NCBI GenBank assembly: GCA_002269645.1
Contig: NIVC01000985.1
Span: forward strand, 1-64,000
DNA from: Macrostomum lignano
Taxonomy: Eukaryota
DNA: 64,000 bases
Direction: 5' to 3'
Shown: one piece after another, positions 1 through 11,900 of the stretch
How the letters are laid out: every line of letters starts with the position of its first letter
How positions within the stretch are numbered: the first letter of the stretch is position 1
Translations under genes and position numbers: made by a program
Notes under the pieces: model-generated
Told to the model about the DNA's origin: nothing
Seen by the model: the letters and a program-made list of their open reading frames with translations, nothing else
Database searches by the model: none

Positions 1-1
1 A

Positions 2-128
2 GTTATTGAACTAGCAACCATATTGTGTGACAAAAGAATACAGGTAAGGCAATCAAAGAAATTCTGTTTGGCCGAACCGCGTTAATTTTCAGACTGCCTT
101 TGGACTTGAGCTTGCCGACCAATGCTGA
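2..128 (+). CDS. Possible 3' end of a gene entering from the left (exon 2-43, 49-nt intron 44-92, exon 93-128 ending TGA)
   Basis: CAG|GTAAGG donor at 44 and TTTTCAG| acceptor at 92 join in frame: VIELATILCDKRIQ|TAFGLELADQC*. Too short to assign a family. Confidence 0.3.
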
Positions 129-255
129 TGCTATTCTTCCTGTCGGGATTGTAAATGCAAAGCAACGCGCATTTGCGCTGATTAGGAAGCCATTGACTGT
201 CCGGTGCTGATAGTCAATCAAAATCTAGTGGAAACTGTCAACAATCTTGACTTGT

Positions 256-2499
256 CCAGTCACCAATCTACTGACTTGTGAACTCCAGTCACCAATCTAC
301 TGACTTTGAACTCCAGTCACCAATCTACTGACTTGTGAACTCCAGTCACCAATCTACTGACTTGTGAACTTCAGTCACCAATCTACTGACTTGTGAACTC
401 CAGTCACCAATCTACTGACTTGTGAACTCCAGTCACCATCCAATCTACTGACTTGTGAACTTCAGTCACCAATCTACTGACTTGTGAACTTCAGTCACCA
501 ATCTACTGACTTGTGAACTCCAGTCACCAATCTACTGACTTGTGAACTCCAGTCACCATCCAATCTACTGACTTGTGAACTTCAGTCACCAATCTACTGA
601 CTTGTGAACTTCAGTCACCAATCTACTGACTTGTGAACTCCAGTCACCAATCTACTGACTTGTGAACTCCAGTCACCAATCTACTGACTTTTGAACTCCA
701 GTCACCAATCTACTGACTTGTGAACTCCAGTCACCAATCTACTGACTTGTGAACTCCAGTCACCAATCTACTGACTTGTGAACTCCAGTCACCAATCTAC
801 TGACTTGTGAACTCCAGTCACCAATCTACTGACTTGTGAACTCCAGTCACCAATCTACTGACTTGTGAACTCCAGTCACCAATCTACTGACTTTTGAACT
901 CCAGTCACCAATCTACTGACTTGTGAACTCCAGTCACCAATCTACTGACTTGTGAACTTCAGTCACCAATCTACTGACTTGTGAACTCCAGTCACCAATC
1001 TACTGACTTGTGAACTCCAGTCACCAATCTACTGACTTGTGAACTCCAGTCACCAATCTACTGACTTGTGAACTCCAGTCACCAATCTACTGACTTGTGA
1101 ACTCCAGTCACCAATCTACTGACTTTGAACTCCAGTCACCAATCTACTGACTTGTGAACTTCAGTCACCAATCTACTGACTTTGAACTCCAGTCACCAAT
1201 CTACTGACTTGTGAACTCAGTCACCAATCTACTGACTTTGAACTCCAGTCACCATCCAATCTACTGACTTGTGAACTTCAGTCACCAATCTACTGACTTG
1301 TGAACTCCAGTCACCATCCAATCTACTGACTTGTGAACTCAGTCACCAATCTACTGACTTGTGAACTCAGTCACCAATCTACTGACTTGTGAACTCCAGT
1401 CACCAATCTACTGACTTGTGAACTTCAGTCACCAATCTACTGACTTGTGAACTCCAGTCACCAATCTACTGACTTGTGAACTCCAGTCACCAATCTACTG
1501 ACTTGTGAACTTCAGTCACCAATCTACTGACTTGTGAACTCCAGTCACCAATCTACTGACTTGTGAACTCCAGTCACCATCCAATCTACTGACTTGTGAA
1601 CTTCAGTCACCAATCTACTGACTTTTGAACTCCAGTCACCAATCTACTGACTTGTGAACTCCAGTCACCAATCTACTGACTTGTGAACTTCAGTCACCAA
1701 TCTACTGACTTGTGAACTCCAGTCACCAATCTACTGACTTGTGAACTTCAGTCACCAATCTACTGACTTGTGAACTCCAGTCACCAATCAATCTACTGAC
1801 TTGTGAACTCCAGTCACCAATCTACTGACTTGTGAACTCCAGTCACCAATCTACTGACTTGTGAACTCCAGTCACCAATCTACTGACTTGTGAACTCCAG
1901 TCACCAATCTACTGACTTGTGAACTTCAGTCACCAATCTACTGACTTGTGAACTCCAGTCACCAATCTACTGACTTGTGAACTCAGTCACCAATCTACTG
2001 ACTTGTGAACTCCAGTCACCAATCTACTGACTTGTGAACTCCAGTCACCAATCTACTGACTTGTGAACTTCAGTCACCAATCTACTGACTTGTGAACTCC
2101 AGTCACCAATCTACTGACTTGTGAACTCCAGTCACCATCCAATCTACTGACTTGTGAACTTCAGTCACCAATCTACTGACTTGTGAACTTCAGTCACCAA
2201 TCTACTGACTTTGAACTCCAGTCACCAATCTACTGACTTGTGAACTCCAGTCACCAATCTACTGACTTTGAACTCCAGTCACCAATCTACTGACTTGTGA
2301 ACTCCAGTCACCAATCTACTGACTTGTGAACTCCAGTCACCAATCTACTGACTTGTGAACTTCAGTCACCAATCTACTGACTTTTGAACTCCAGTCACCA
2401 ATCTACTGACTTTTGAACTCCAGTCACCAATCTACTGACTTGTGAACTTCAGTCACCAATCTACTGACTTTTGAACTCCAGTCACCAATCTACTGACTT
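256..2499. repeat. 29-bp minisatellite, ~77 copies
   Basis: Unit CCAGTCACCAATCTACTGACTTGTGAACT, head to tail with only point and short-indel variants; no unique spacers. Confidence 0.97.
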
Positions 2500-2945
2500 C
2501 TATCAGACTGTCACACACATGTGGATATCTCAGTTGAGTAGGTAATTGCCTAGCCATCCATTGCTAACCTCGAAAATATTTGCTTATTTCGCGCAGGAAA
2601 TCTAAATAAAGCCATTTAAAAAAACAGAAAAAGGGAAAAATAGTTGCACAAATCCTTTTCTTCTATTCTAGGCAGACGATGACGCCTTTCTTAAACTATT
2701 TATAAAGTCATCTCTCCCTGGCTAAAAACCAATATTTAATCATTTCGACCACTGAGAACTAATCGAGCAGAGATTAGCTGGGCACAGCTGGTTAAAAGCA
2801 AAAGAAAATTGCGCAATTATTTTTTAACTCTCTGTTTAACCGATGCAGCTCCAGCAGAGAAAAAAGACGGGAAAAACGCCTTTGTGTCCCCAGGTGTTTT
2901 TGGTTTTTGCTCTGCCAATTATTGACAGCAAAATATTTTCGGATC

Positions 2946-5900
2946 TTAAGCTGAGACGAAAGTGCAGAATGAAAATCGGTAGCATGAAAAGATAACACTG
3001 TAGCTCGCAGTGCAGCCAGATCCTGCAGTTCCTTGGCTTTTGAGAGCGGCAGAGAGATGCAGCTTTTTCCTAAAGGGCGGGAGAGTGGACAGGGCGGGCG
3101 GGAGAGCGGACAGGGCGGGCGGGAGAGCGGACAGGGCGGGCGGGAGAGCGGACAGGGCGGGCGGGAGAGCGGACAGGGCGGGAGAGTGGACAGGGAGGGC
3201 GGGAGAGCGGACAGGGCGGGAGAGTGGACAGGGAGGGCGGGAGAGCGGACAGGGCGGGAGAGCGGACAGGGCGGGAGAGCGGACAGGGCGGGAGAGTGGA
3301 CAGGGAGGGCGGGAGAGCGGACAGGGCGGGAGAGTGGACAGGGAGGGCGGGAGAGCGGACAGGGCGGGAGAGCGGACAGGGCGGGAGAGCGGACAGGGAG
3401 GGAAAGCGGGCATCGAGGGTAAGAGAGCGGGCAGAGAGGACGGGATAGCCGGCACTGGGCACTGAGCACTGGGTAGGAGAACAAGTGGAGAGGCTGGGAA
3501 AGGAAGCGAGACCAGAAAATGGAAGACAGATAAAAGGTAGCGAACTGATAACAGATAACAGGTGATGAAGCAAGCCAGGGACAGTGATTCCCTAGTGGCC
3601 GATAAAATACGAGCTAGACACGAGTCTGTAGCCATATGAAACTAGTGGAGACTAACAGAACAGTTTACAGCAGAAGCGAAGCAAGGAATTAAAGAAAGAA
3701 GAGACTCACTCTCTCCTGGTCACGGGCCCGTCCGTAGAGTCAGCCAGCAGCATTGTCTGACGCTGTTTAGCAGCAGTTGCGGCCGCGCCTCCAGCAAGAT
3801 TATCGGAGCCCGACGATTGGCGTTGTAGCGGCAGCTTCGGTTTTGGTGGCAGCGTCAGATGTTGCTGCTGCTGCTGCTGCTGCTGCTGTGTGGACAAATT
3901 CTGCGGCAAACTCATGTAGGCCGTGTCTGAGAATGTATTTAATAGAAGTGAATACGCGAATTTAATTGTTGCTTTAAATTGTTCTGCAGCTGTTATTAAT
4001 ACTAATATTATTCATAACAATAACTCAAAATACAACAACGGTGAAGAAACTTGACATGATATACAATAAAACAATTTGCTTTAACAATAAGGTAACAAAA
4101 ATAGAGTGAAATAGCAATACACCAATATGCAAACAAGACTGATATGTGTAGATTCTCTGAAAACTGCTGTCTACACTTAGTCATTCAGTACTCATAGCTG
4201 CTGCCATCTCTACTTCAGGTGCCGCTGCCACTAATACGTCAGGTGCCGCTGCCACTAATACTTCAGGTGCCGCTGCCACTAATACTTCAGGTGCCGCTGC
4301 CACTAATACGTCAGGTGCCGCTGCCACTAATACTTCAGGTGCCGCTGCCACTAATACTTCAGGCCCCACTGTCACTAATACTTCAGGCCCCACTGTCACT
4401 ATTACTTCAGGCCCCGCTGCCACTAATACTTCAGGCCCCGCTGCCACTAATACTTCAGGCCCCGCTGCCACTAATACTTCAGGCCCCAATGCCACTAATA
4501 CTTCAGGCCCCGCTGCCACTAATACTCGTACTTCAGGCCCCGCTGCCACTAATACTTCAGGCCCCAATGCCACTAATACTTCAGGTGCCGCTGCCACTAA
4601 TACGTCAGGCCCCGCTGCCACTAATACTTCAGGCCCCGCTGCCACTAATACTTCAGGCCCCACTGTCACTAATACTTCAGGCCCCAATGCCACTAATACT
4701 TCAGGTGCCGCTGCCACTAATACTTCAGGCCCCAATGCCACTAATACTTCAGGTGCCGCTGCCACTAATACTTCAGGCCCCGCTGTCACTAATACTTCAG
4801 GTGCCGCTGCCACTAATACGTCAGGCCCCGTTGCCACTAATACTTCAGGCCCCACTGCCACTAATACTTCAGGTGCCGCTGCCACTAATACTTCAGGTGC
4901 CGCTGCCACTAATACGTCAGGCCCCGCTGCCACGAATACTTCAGGTGCCGCTGTCACTAATACTTCAGGCCCCGCTGTCACTAATACTTCAGGCGCCGCT
5001 GCCACTAATACTTCAGGTGCCGCTGCCACTAATACGTCAGGCCCTGCTGCCACTAATACTTTAGGCTCCGCTGCCACAAAAACTTCAGGTGCCGCTGCCA
5101 CTAATACTTCAGGTGCCGCTGTCACTAATACTTCAGGCCCCGCTGTCACTAATACTTCAGGCGCCGCTGCCACTAATACTTCAGGTGCCGCTGCCACTAA
5201 TACGTCAGGCCCTGCTGCCACTAATACTTTAGGCTCCGCTGCCACAAAAACTTCAGGCCCCGCTGCTAACCTCTACTTCAGGTTATGCTATGATTGTACT
5301 CAAGTGAGAAGCCAGGTGAACAAATAGAATGATCTAACTAACAGGTAAAAGCAAAGCGATTTTAAGGGATTTCAAATGCACTAAATCAGCACCATCGAAG
5401 TAGGCCGGATTATCCAGATTATCAACGGAAGAAGCGGACAACACAATTAAATCAGCAGTTGGAGGCTCGGCGGGCGAAGAGAGCAGAGCTTAAATTCAAT
5501 ATTTAAATATATCTCGTGATTTATTTGTTTAGTGACGTAGCCTAGTAAAGTGCTATTTTTAGTAACTCCTATGATATAATCTTTAACTAGGCCCTGGAAT
5601 TGACGCCTGATAGCTGATATACCCGGGAGTACTAAAAGCAGAACAACAATTAGCAGCATATCACAGCCTAATATTACATAATACTGTAACAAAATAGTGC
5701 ACTGGTACCGCGGGAAAAAGTAATAAGTGGTGCACGGACAAAGGAAGAGTTCGATAAAATAAAAAAGAAACTGAAAAGAAGCTGAAATAGTGTGTTTTTT
5801 AAATAAGTAAAAATACCTAATTTTTGTTTAAGGGGCCCTCATTGAAAACTGAGGTGTTCAAGGGGTCTTATTGGAAACTGAGGTGTTTAAGGGGTCTCAT

Positions 5901-8900
5901 TGGAAACCCTGGTGTTCAAGGGGTCTCATTGGAAACCCTGGTGTTCAAGGGGTCTCATTGGAAACCCTGGTGTTCAAGGGGTCTCATTGGAAACCCTGGT
6001 GTTCAAGGGGTCTCATTGGAAACCCTGGTGTTCAAGGGGTCTCATTGGAAACCCTGGTGTTCAAGGGGTCTCATTGGAAACCCTGGTGTTCAAAGGGTCT
6101 CATTGGAAACCCTGGTGTTCAAGGGGTCTCATTGGAAACCCTGGTGTTCAAAGGGTCTCATTGGAAACCCTGGTGTTCAAGGGGTCTCATTGGAAACCCT
6201 GGTGTTCAAGGGGTCTCATTGGAAACCCTGGTGTTCAAGGGGTCTCATTGGAAACCCTGGTGTTCAAGGGGTCTCATTGGAAACCCTGGTGTTCAAGGGG
6301 TCTCATTGGAAACTGAGGTGTCCAAGGTGTCTCATTGGAAACTGAGGTGTTCAAGGGGCCTCATGGGAAACCCAGGTGTTCAAGGTGTCTCATTGGAAAC
6401 CCAGGTGTTCAAGGCGTCTCATTGGAAACTGAGGTGTCCAATGTGTCTCATTGGAAACTGAGGTGTCCAAGGTGTCTCATTGGAAACCCAGGTGTTCAAG
6501 GGGCCTCATGGGAAACCCAGGTGTTCAAGGGGTCTCATTGAAAACTGAGGTGTCCAAGGTGTCTCATTGGAAACCCAGGTGTTCAAGGGGCCTCATGGGA
6601 AACCCAGGTGTTCAAGGGGTCTCATTGAAAACTGAGGTGTCCAAGGTGTCTCATTGGAAACCCAGGTGTTCAAGGGCCTCATTGGAAACAGGTGTTCAAG
6701 GGTCTCATGGAAACCCTGGTGTTCAAGGTGTCTATTGGAAACCCAGGTGTTTAAGGTGTCTCATTGGAAACTGAGGTGTTCAAGGGCCTCATTGGAAACA
6801 GGTGTCAAGGTGTCTCATTGGAAACCCAGGTGTTCAAGGCGTCTCATTGGAAACTGAGGTGTCCAAGGTGTCTCATTGGAAACTGAGGTGTACAAGGTGT
6901 CTCATTGGAAACCCAGGTGTTCAAGGGGCCTCATGGGAAACCCAGGTGTTCAAGGTGTCTCATTGGAAACCCTGGTGTTCAAGGTGTCTTATTGGAAACC
7001 CAGGTGTTTAAGGTGTCTCATTGGAAACTGAGGTGTACAAGGTGTCTCATATCCCAGTGTCTTATTGGAAACCCAGGTGTTCTATATACACTATATACAT
7101 GAAGAGTACAAAAAAATGAAAGAAGACAGAGGACTAATCAGCGCAGATAAATCTGCAGTTCAGTTCCCAATCAATAATAAAAGTGCAGGCCCGCAACCAG
7201 CCCGAAGAACGAATAGCTAGATACCCCTGCCAATACAACAGGCTCTGACCTCGATACCGCAGCAGCCTGGCCGCTTCCAACTGAGCAGCAGACTGCTGAT
7301 GGCCAGTGTCTGATTTAAGAAACCGATTCTCGTAAATTTGCCGCGCGCTTCGCACAAACTCTAGCTCCTGACGCCTGTCGCTTGGACAGTAGAGACTGGC
7401 GGACATGCCGCCGCCATTGCCGGCGCGCAGGCTGTGCAAAGTCAGCGCAGTGTCGCAAACTTCGGCGTGAAATTTTTTTGCCTCAAACGAAGCGACTGTA
7501 GGAGAACTATTCGACGAAGCGGTCGAAGGCTCCGTCTGGCTGAGCAGGGACTCGCGACGCCGCTGCAGCTGCTGCAGTTGGGCGGCATCCCGAGGCTGGG
7601 AAACTGCGCCGCCGCTACATGCCGCTGCTGCTCAAGCGCAGTTTCATTGAGGCAAATAGGGAGGCGAGCAAAGGGCAGAATTATCCCAGATTGGGATAAA
7701 ATGGGGATCGATGGGAAGAATGGGAGGTGGAGCGAATAAGATTCACAAATATCGCACAGAAAGTGAGATAAAATTGGACATTAAAATTTATGGAACATAC
7801 ATACGGTAAACGCACAAATCAGCTATTATACGTAGAATTCATCAAAAAATATTTTTAGCCACAGAAACATATTTCTTCTAGCTGCTCCTACTAACCTTCG
7901 GCTCCAAAGCAGAAATCGTGCACTAGAAGCAGATTCTCAACAATAAGAGTGCCCAAATTAGCCGATTGCAGGTCTTCAACGTTAACGCCGACTGGGCCGC
8001 CCCCGCCGGCTATATTCGGTCCAATACAGATAGCCAGATTCTTTGGCGACATCTTGTTGCGATCCTGGTGCTGGGCCACTCTGGCAAGGAATTTCACCAG
8101 GTGGCGCAGGTTGGCGTACAGGCTGGGCCGCTCCTGCTGCAGCCGCTGGCAGCAGGCGTGCAATCGGAATCGCCGATTGTCTGGCTCGGCTGTGTCGCAG
8201 GCCTCCGCCCAGTCGTTGAGCAGGTCCTGGCTAACCAGAGGCTCGGGCAGCTGTTTCAGATACTTTTTCAGCGTGCCGCACACTGTGGCGCTGTCGAAGT
8301 CGTTAATAACGGCCTCGGCTCGCATCACGTTTAGAAATGACTCCAGCTTCTGCACAGAACCGCTGGGACCGTTCAGGCGGAACAGGCCCTGTAGTGGGGG
8401 GCGGCGGTGCTGCTTAGCCAAGTTATTGGGGCGTTTTTAGCCTCCGTTGATGCTGGAGGTCAATCCGTGTTACTCACATAGCAGAGTGGGGCTCATATGC
8501 CTGTGCAGACAGTCACATATCAGAGTGGGGCTCATATGCCTGTGCAGACAGTCACATATCAGAGTGGGGCTCATATGCCTGTGCAGACAGTCACATATCA
8601 GAGTGGGGCTCATATGCCTGTGCAGACAGTCACATATCAGAGTGGGGCTCATATGCCTGTGCAGACAGTCACATATCAGAGTGGGGCTCATATGCCTGTG
8701 CAGACAGTCACATATCAAAGTGGGGCTCATATGCCTGTGCAGACAGTCACATATCAGAGTGGGGCTCATATGCCTGTGCAGACAGTCACATATCAGAGTG
8801 GGGCTCATATGCCTGTGCAGACAGTCACATGACAGAGTGGGGCTCATATGCCTGTGCAGACAGTCACATATCAGAGTGGGGCTCATATGCCTGTGCAGAC

Positions 8901-11900
8901 AGTCACATGACAGAGTGGGGCTCATATGCCTGAGCAGACAGTCACATAGCAGAGTGGGGCTCATATGCCTGTGCAGACAGTCACATATCAAAGTGGGGCT
9001 CATATGCCTGTGCAGACAGTCACATGACAGAGTGGGGCTCATATGCCTGTGCAGACAGTCACATGACAGAGTGGGGCTCATATGCCTGAGCAGACAGTCA
9101 CATAGCAGAGTGGGGCTCATATGCCTGTGCAGACAGTCACATGACAGAGTGGGGCTCATATGCCTGAGCAGACAGTCACATAGCAGAGTGGGGCTCATAT
9201 GCCTGTGCAGACAGTCACATATCAGAGTGGGGCTCATATGCCTGTGCAGACAGTCACATGACAGAGTGGGGCTCATATGCCTGTGCAGACAGTCACATAT
9301 CAGAGTGGGGCTCATATGCCTGTGCAGACAGTCACATGACAGAGCGGGTAGTCATAACAGTACAAGAGGAAAATATTTTCTGAATTGGTTTTGGCAATCG
9401 GAAATTACAAGTAAATTTTCCATCGCAATTTTAGAGAATCAGGCTGGCGATAAGCCACCTGGGAGCGGCTTAGGGACAAAAAGAAATCCCGGATAATCGC
9501 GCCAGTCATGCCCCACCCTCACCCCTTTCTGTGTAATCCTCCAAAATTGCTCAGGGCACCGTGAGACGGAACCACGTGTTTCTCACTAAAGAGTTGGCCA
9601 GCATTGTCATTTTGCAAGAATAAGCTTCAAATGCTCACAAATGGTGCCCACTCTCTTATTGCAAGCCTCAAACGGTAACGGTTGTCTAGGCTTCGAAGTC
9701 GACCAATCACAAGAAAGAACGACCATAGACAATTCAGCTGGAACTGCAGTGTGTATGAGCTAACACACACACACAGACACAAAATATTTAAATATTACCC
9801 ATAGAGACGAGGGCTGTGTGCATCCTGGCGCACTTTAAGCGACTTGGTCACACAACCGGCAAAAGGCATTACTGCCCATTCCGCCGACTTCCTTGAGCAG
9901 GCATACAAGCGCATGGATACGTGCGCAGTCATGCGCAAATACGCACACACTCACACAGGAGTGTACAGCAGCCCTAACTGTATTTATCGTTAGGCATGTT
10001 ATGCCTTGGAGGTTGGCCCTCAAGGCTGTTAATTGCACGAGCAGAGTCAAGCCGAGATTGTAATTTAGCCCCAAATTAATGTGACTGCACTGGGAATCGA
10101 GCCCGGGCCGCTGGAACAACAGAACGCCGCGCCAGACCACTAGCCTACGGCCCCACCCAATACTATAGACTGTTTTGCTTTCTATAAATAAACATCCGAA
10201 ATCTCCGGCAGACTAAGAGTTTTGACTTATTAGACAGCTAGTTGTGTCAACTGCTTCTTGTGCTTTCTCTATTGCTCAATTAGCAGGTGTTTCAAATGTG
10301 AAACACTCCTGTTTAAGTAGATCAAATTAAGAGAAAAATCACAAACTCAGCAGGGCCAAAGCGCAAGCACAATGAACCAATCTATGCAAAAAAAGAATTT
10401 TGCATTCTAAGTTTTGCTCAAAGTTTGATAAGAAACCCGACGATTAGAAAAATGGAAAATATCTGACCAAACATTCCTTGCACTTCAGTGTGCCTTGTCA
10501 GCTTTCTTTATGTTCCAACTTTCTAAATTAATGCGCCACTTTCTAAATTATTCTGCCACATTATAAATTAATCTGCCACTTTCTAAATCACTCTGCCACT
10601 TTCTAAATCACTCTGCCACTTTCTAAATCACTCTGCTACTTTTTAATCGCTCTGCCGCTTTCTAAATCGCTCTGCCACTTTCTAAATCACTCTGCTACTT
10701 CCTAAATCGCTCTGCCACTTTCTAAATCGCTCTGCCACTTTCTAAATCACTCTGCTACTTTCTAAATCACTCTGCTACTTTCTAAATCACTCTGCCACTT
10801 TCTAAATCACTCTGCTACTTTTTAATCGCTCTGCCGCTTTCTAAATCGCTCTGCCACTTTTTAATCGCTCTGCCGCTTTCTAAATCGCTCTGCCACTTTC
10901 TAAATCACTCTGCTACTTCCTAAATCGCTCTGCTACTTTCTAAATCACTCTGCCACTTTCTAAATCACTCTGCTACTTTTTAATCGCTCTGCCGCTTTCT
11001 AAATCGCTCTGCCACTTTTTAATCGCTCTGCCGCTTTCTAAATCGCTCTGCCACTTTCTAAATCACTCTGCTACTTCCTAAATCGCTCTGCTACTTTCTA
11101 AATCACTCTGCCACTTTTTAATCGCTCTGCCACTTTCTAAATCACTCTGCCATTTTCTAAATCACTCTGCTACTTTCTAAATCACTCTGCTACTTTCTAA
11201 ATCACTCTGCTACTTCCTAAATCACTCTGCCGCTTTCTAAATCACTCTGCCACTTTCTAAATCACTCTGCCACTTTCTAAATCGCTCTGACACTTTCTAA
11301 ATCGCTCTGCCACTTTCTAAATCACTCTGCCACTTTCTAAATCGCTCTGCTACTTTCTAAATCACTCTGCCACTTTCTAAATCACTCTGCCACTTTCTAA
11401 ATCACTCTGCTACTTTTTAATCGCTCTGCCGCTTTCTAAATCGCTCTGCCACTTTCTAAATCACTCTGCTACTTCCTAAATCGCTCTGCCACTTTCTAAA
11501 TCGCTCTGCCACTTTCTAAATCACTCTGCCACTTTCTAAATCACTCTGCTACTTTCTAAATCACTCTGCCACTTTCTAAATCACTCTGCTACTTTTTAAT
11601 CGCTCTGCCGCTTTCTAAATCGCTCTGCCACTTTCTAAATCACTCTGCTACTTCCTAAATCGCTCTGCCACTTTCTAAATCACTCTGCCACTTTCTAAAT
11701 CGCTCTGACACTTTCTAAATCGCTCTGCCACTTTCTAAATCACTCTGCCACTTTCTAAATCGCTTTGCTACTTTCTAAATCACTCTGCCACTTTCTAAAT
11801 CACTCTGCCACTTTCTAAATCACTCTGCTACTTTTTAATCGCTCTGCCGCTTTCTAAATCACTCTGCCACTTTCTAAATCACTCTGCTACTTCCTAAATC

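Noticed and set aside
256-2499. CRISPR array: 29-bp repeats with an AGTCA/TGACT mini-hairpin (also considered for 5830-7082, 8470-9346 and 23099-23466)
   Set aside because: Units are contiguous with no unique spacers, there are no cas genes, and the context is intron-containing eukaryotic DNA.
10080-10154. Functional tRNA gene
   Set aside because: A and B boxes are present but I could not pair a convincing acceptor or anticodon stem; treated as a SINE head.
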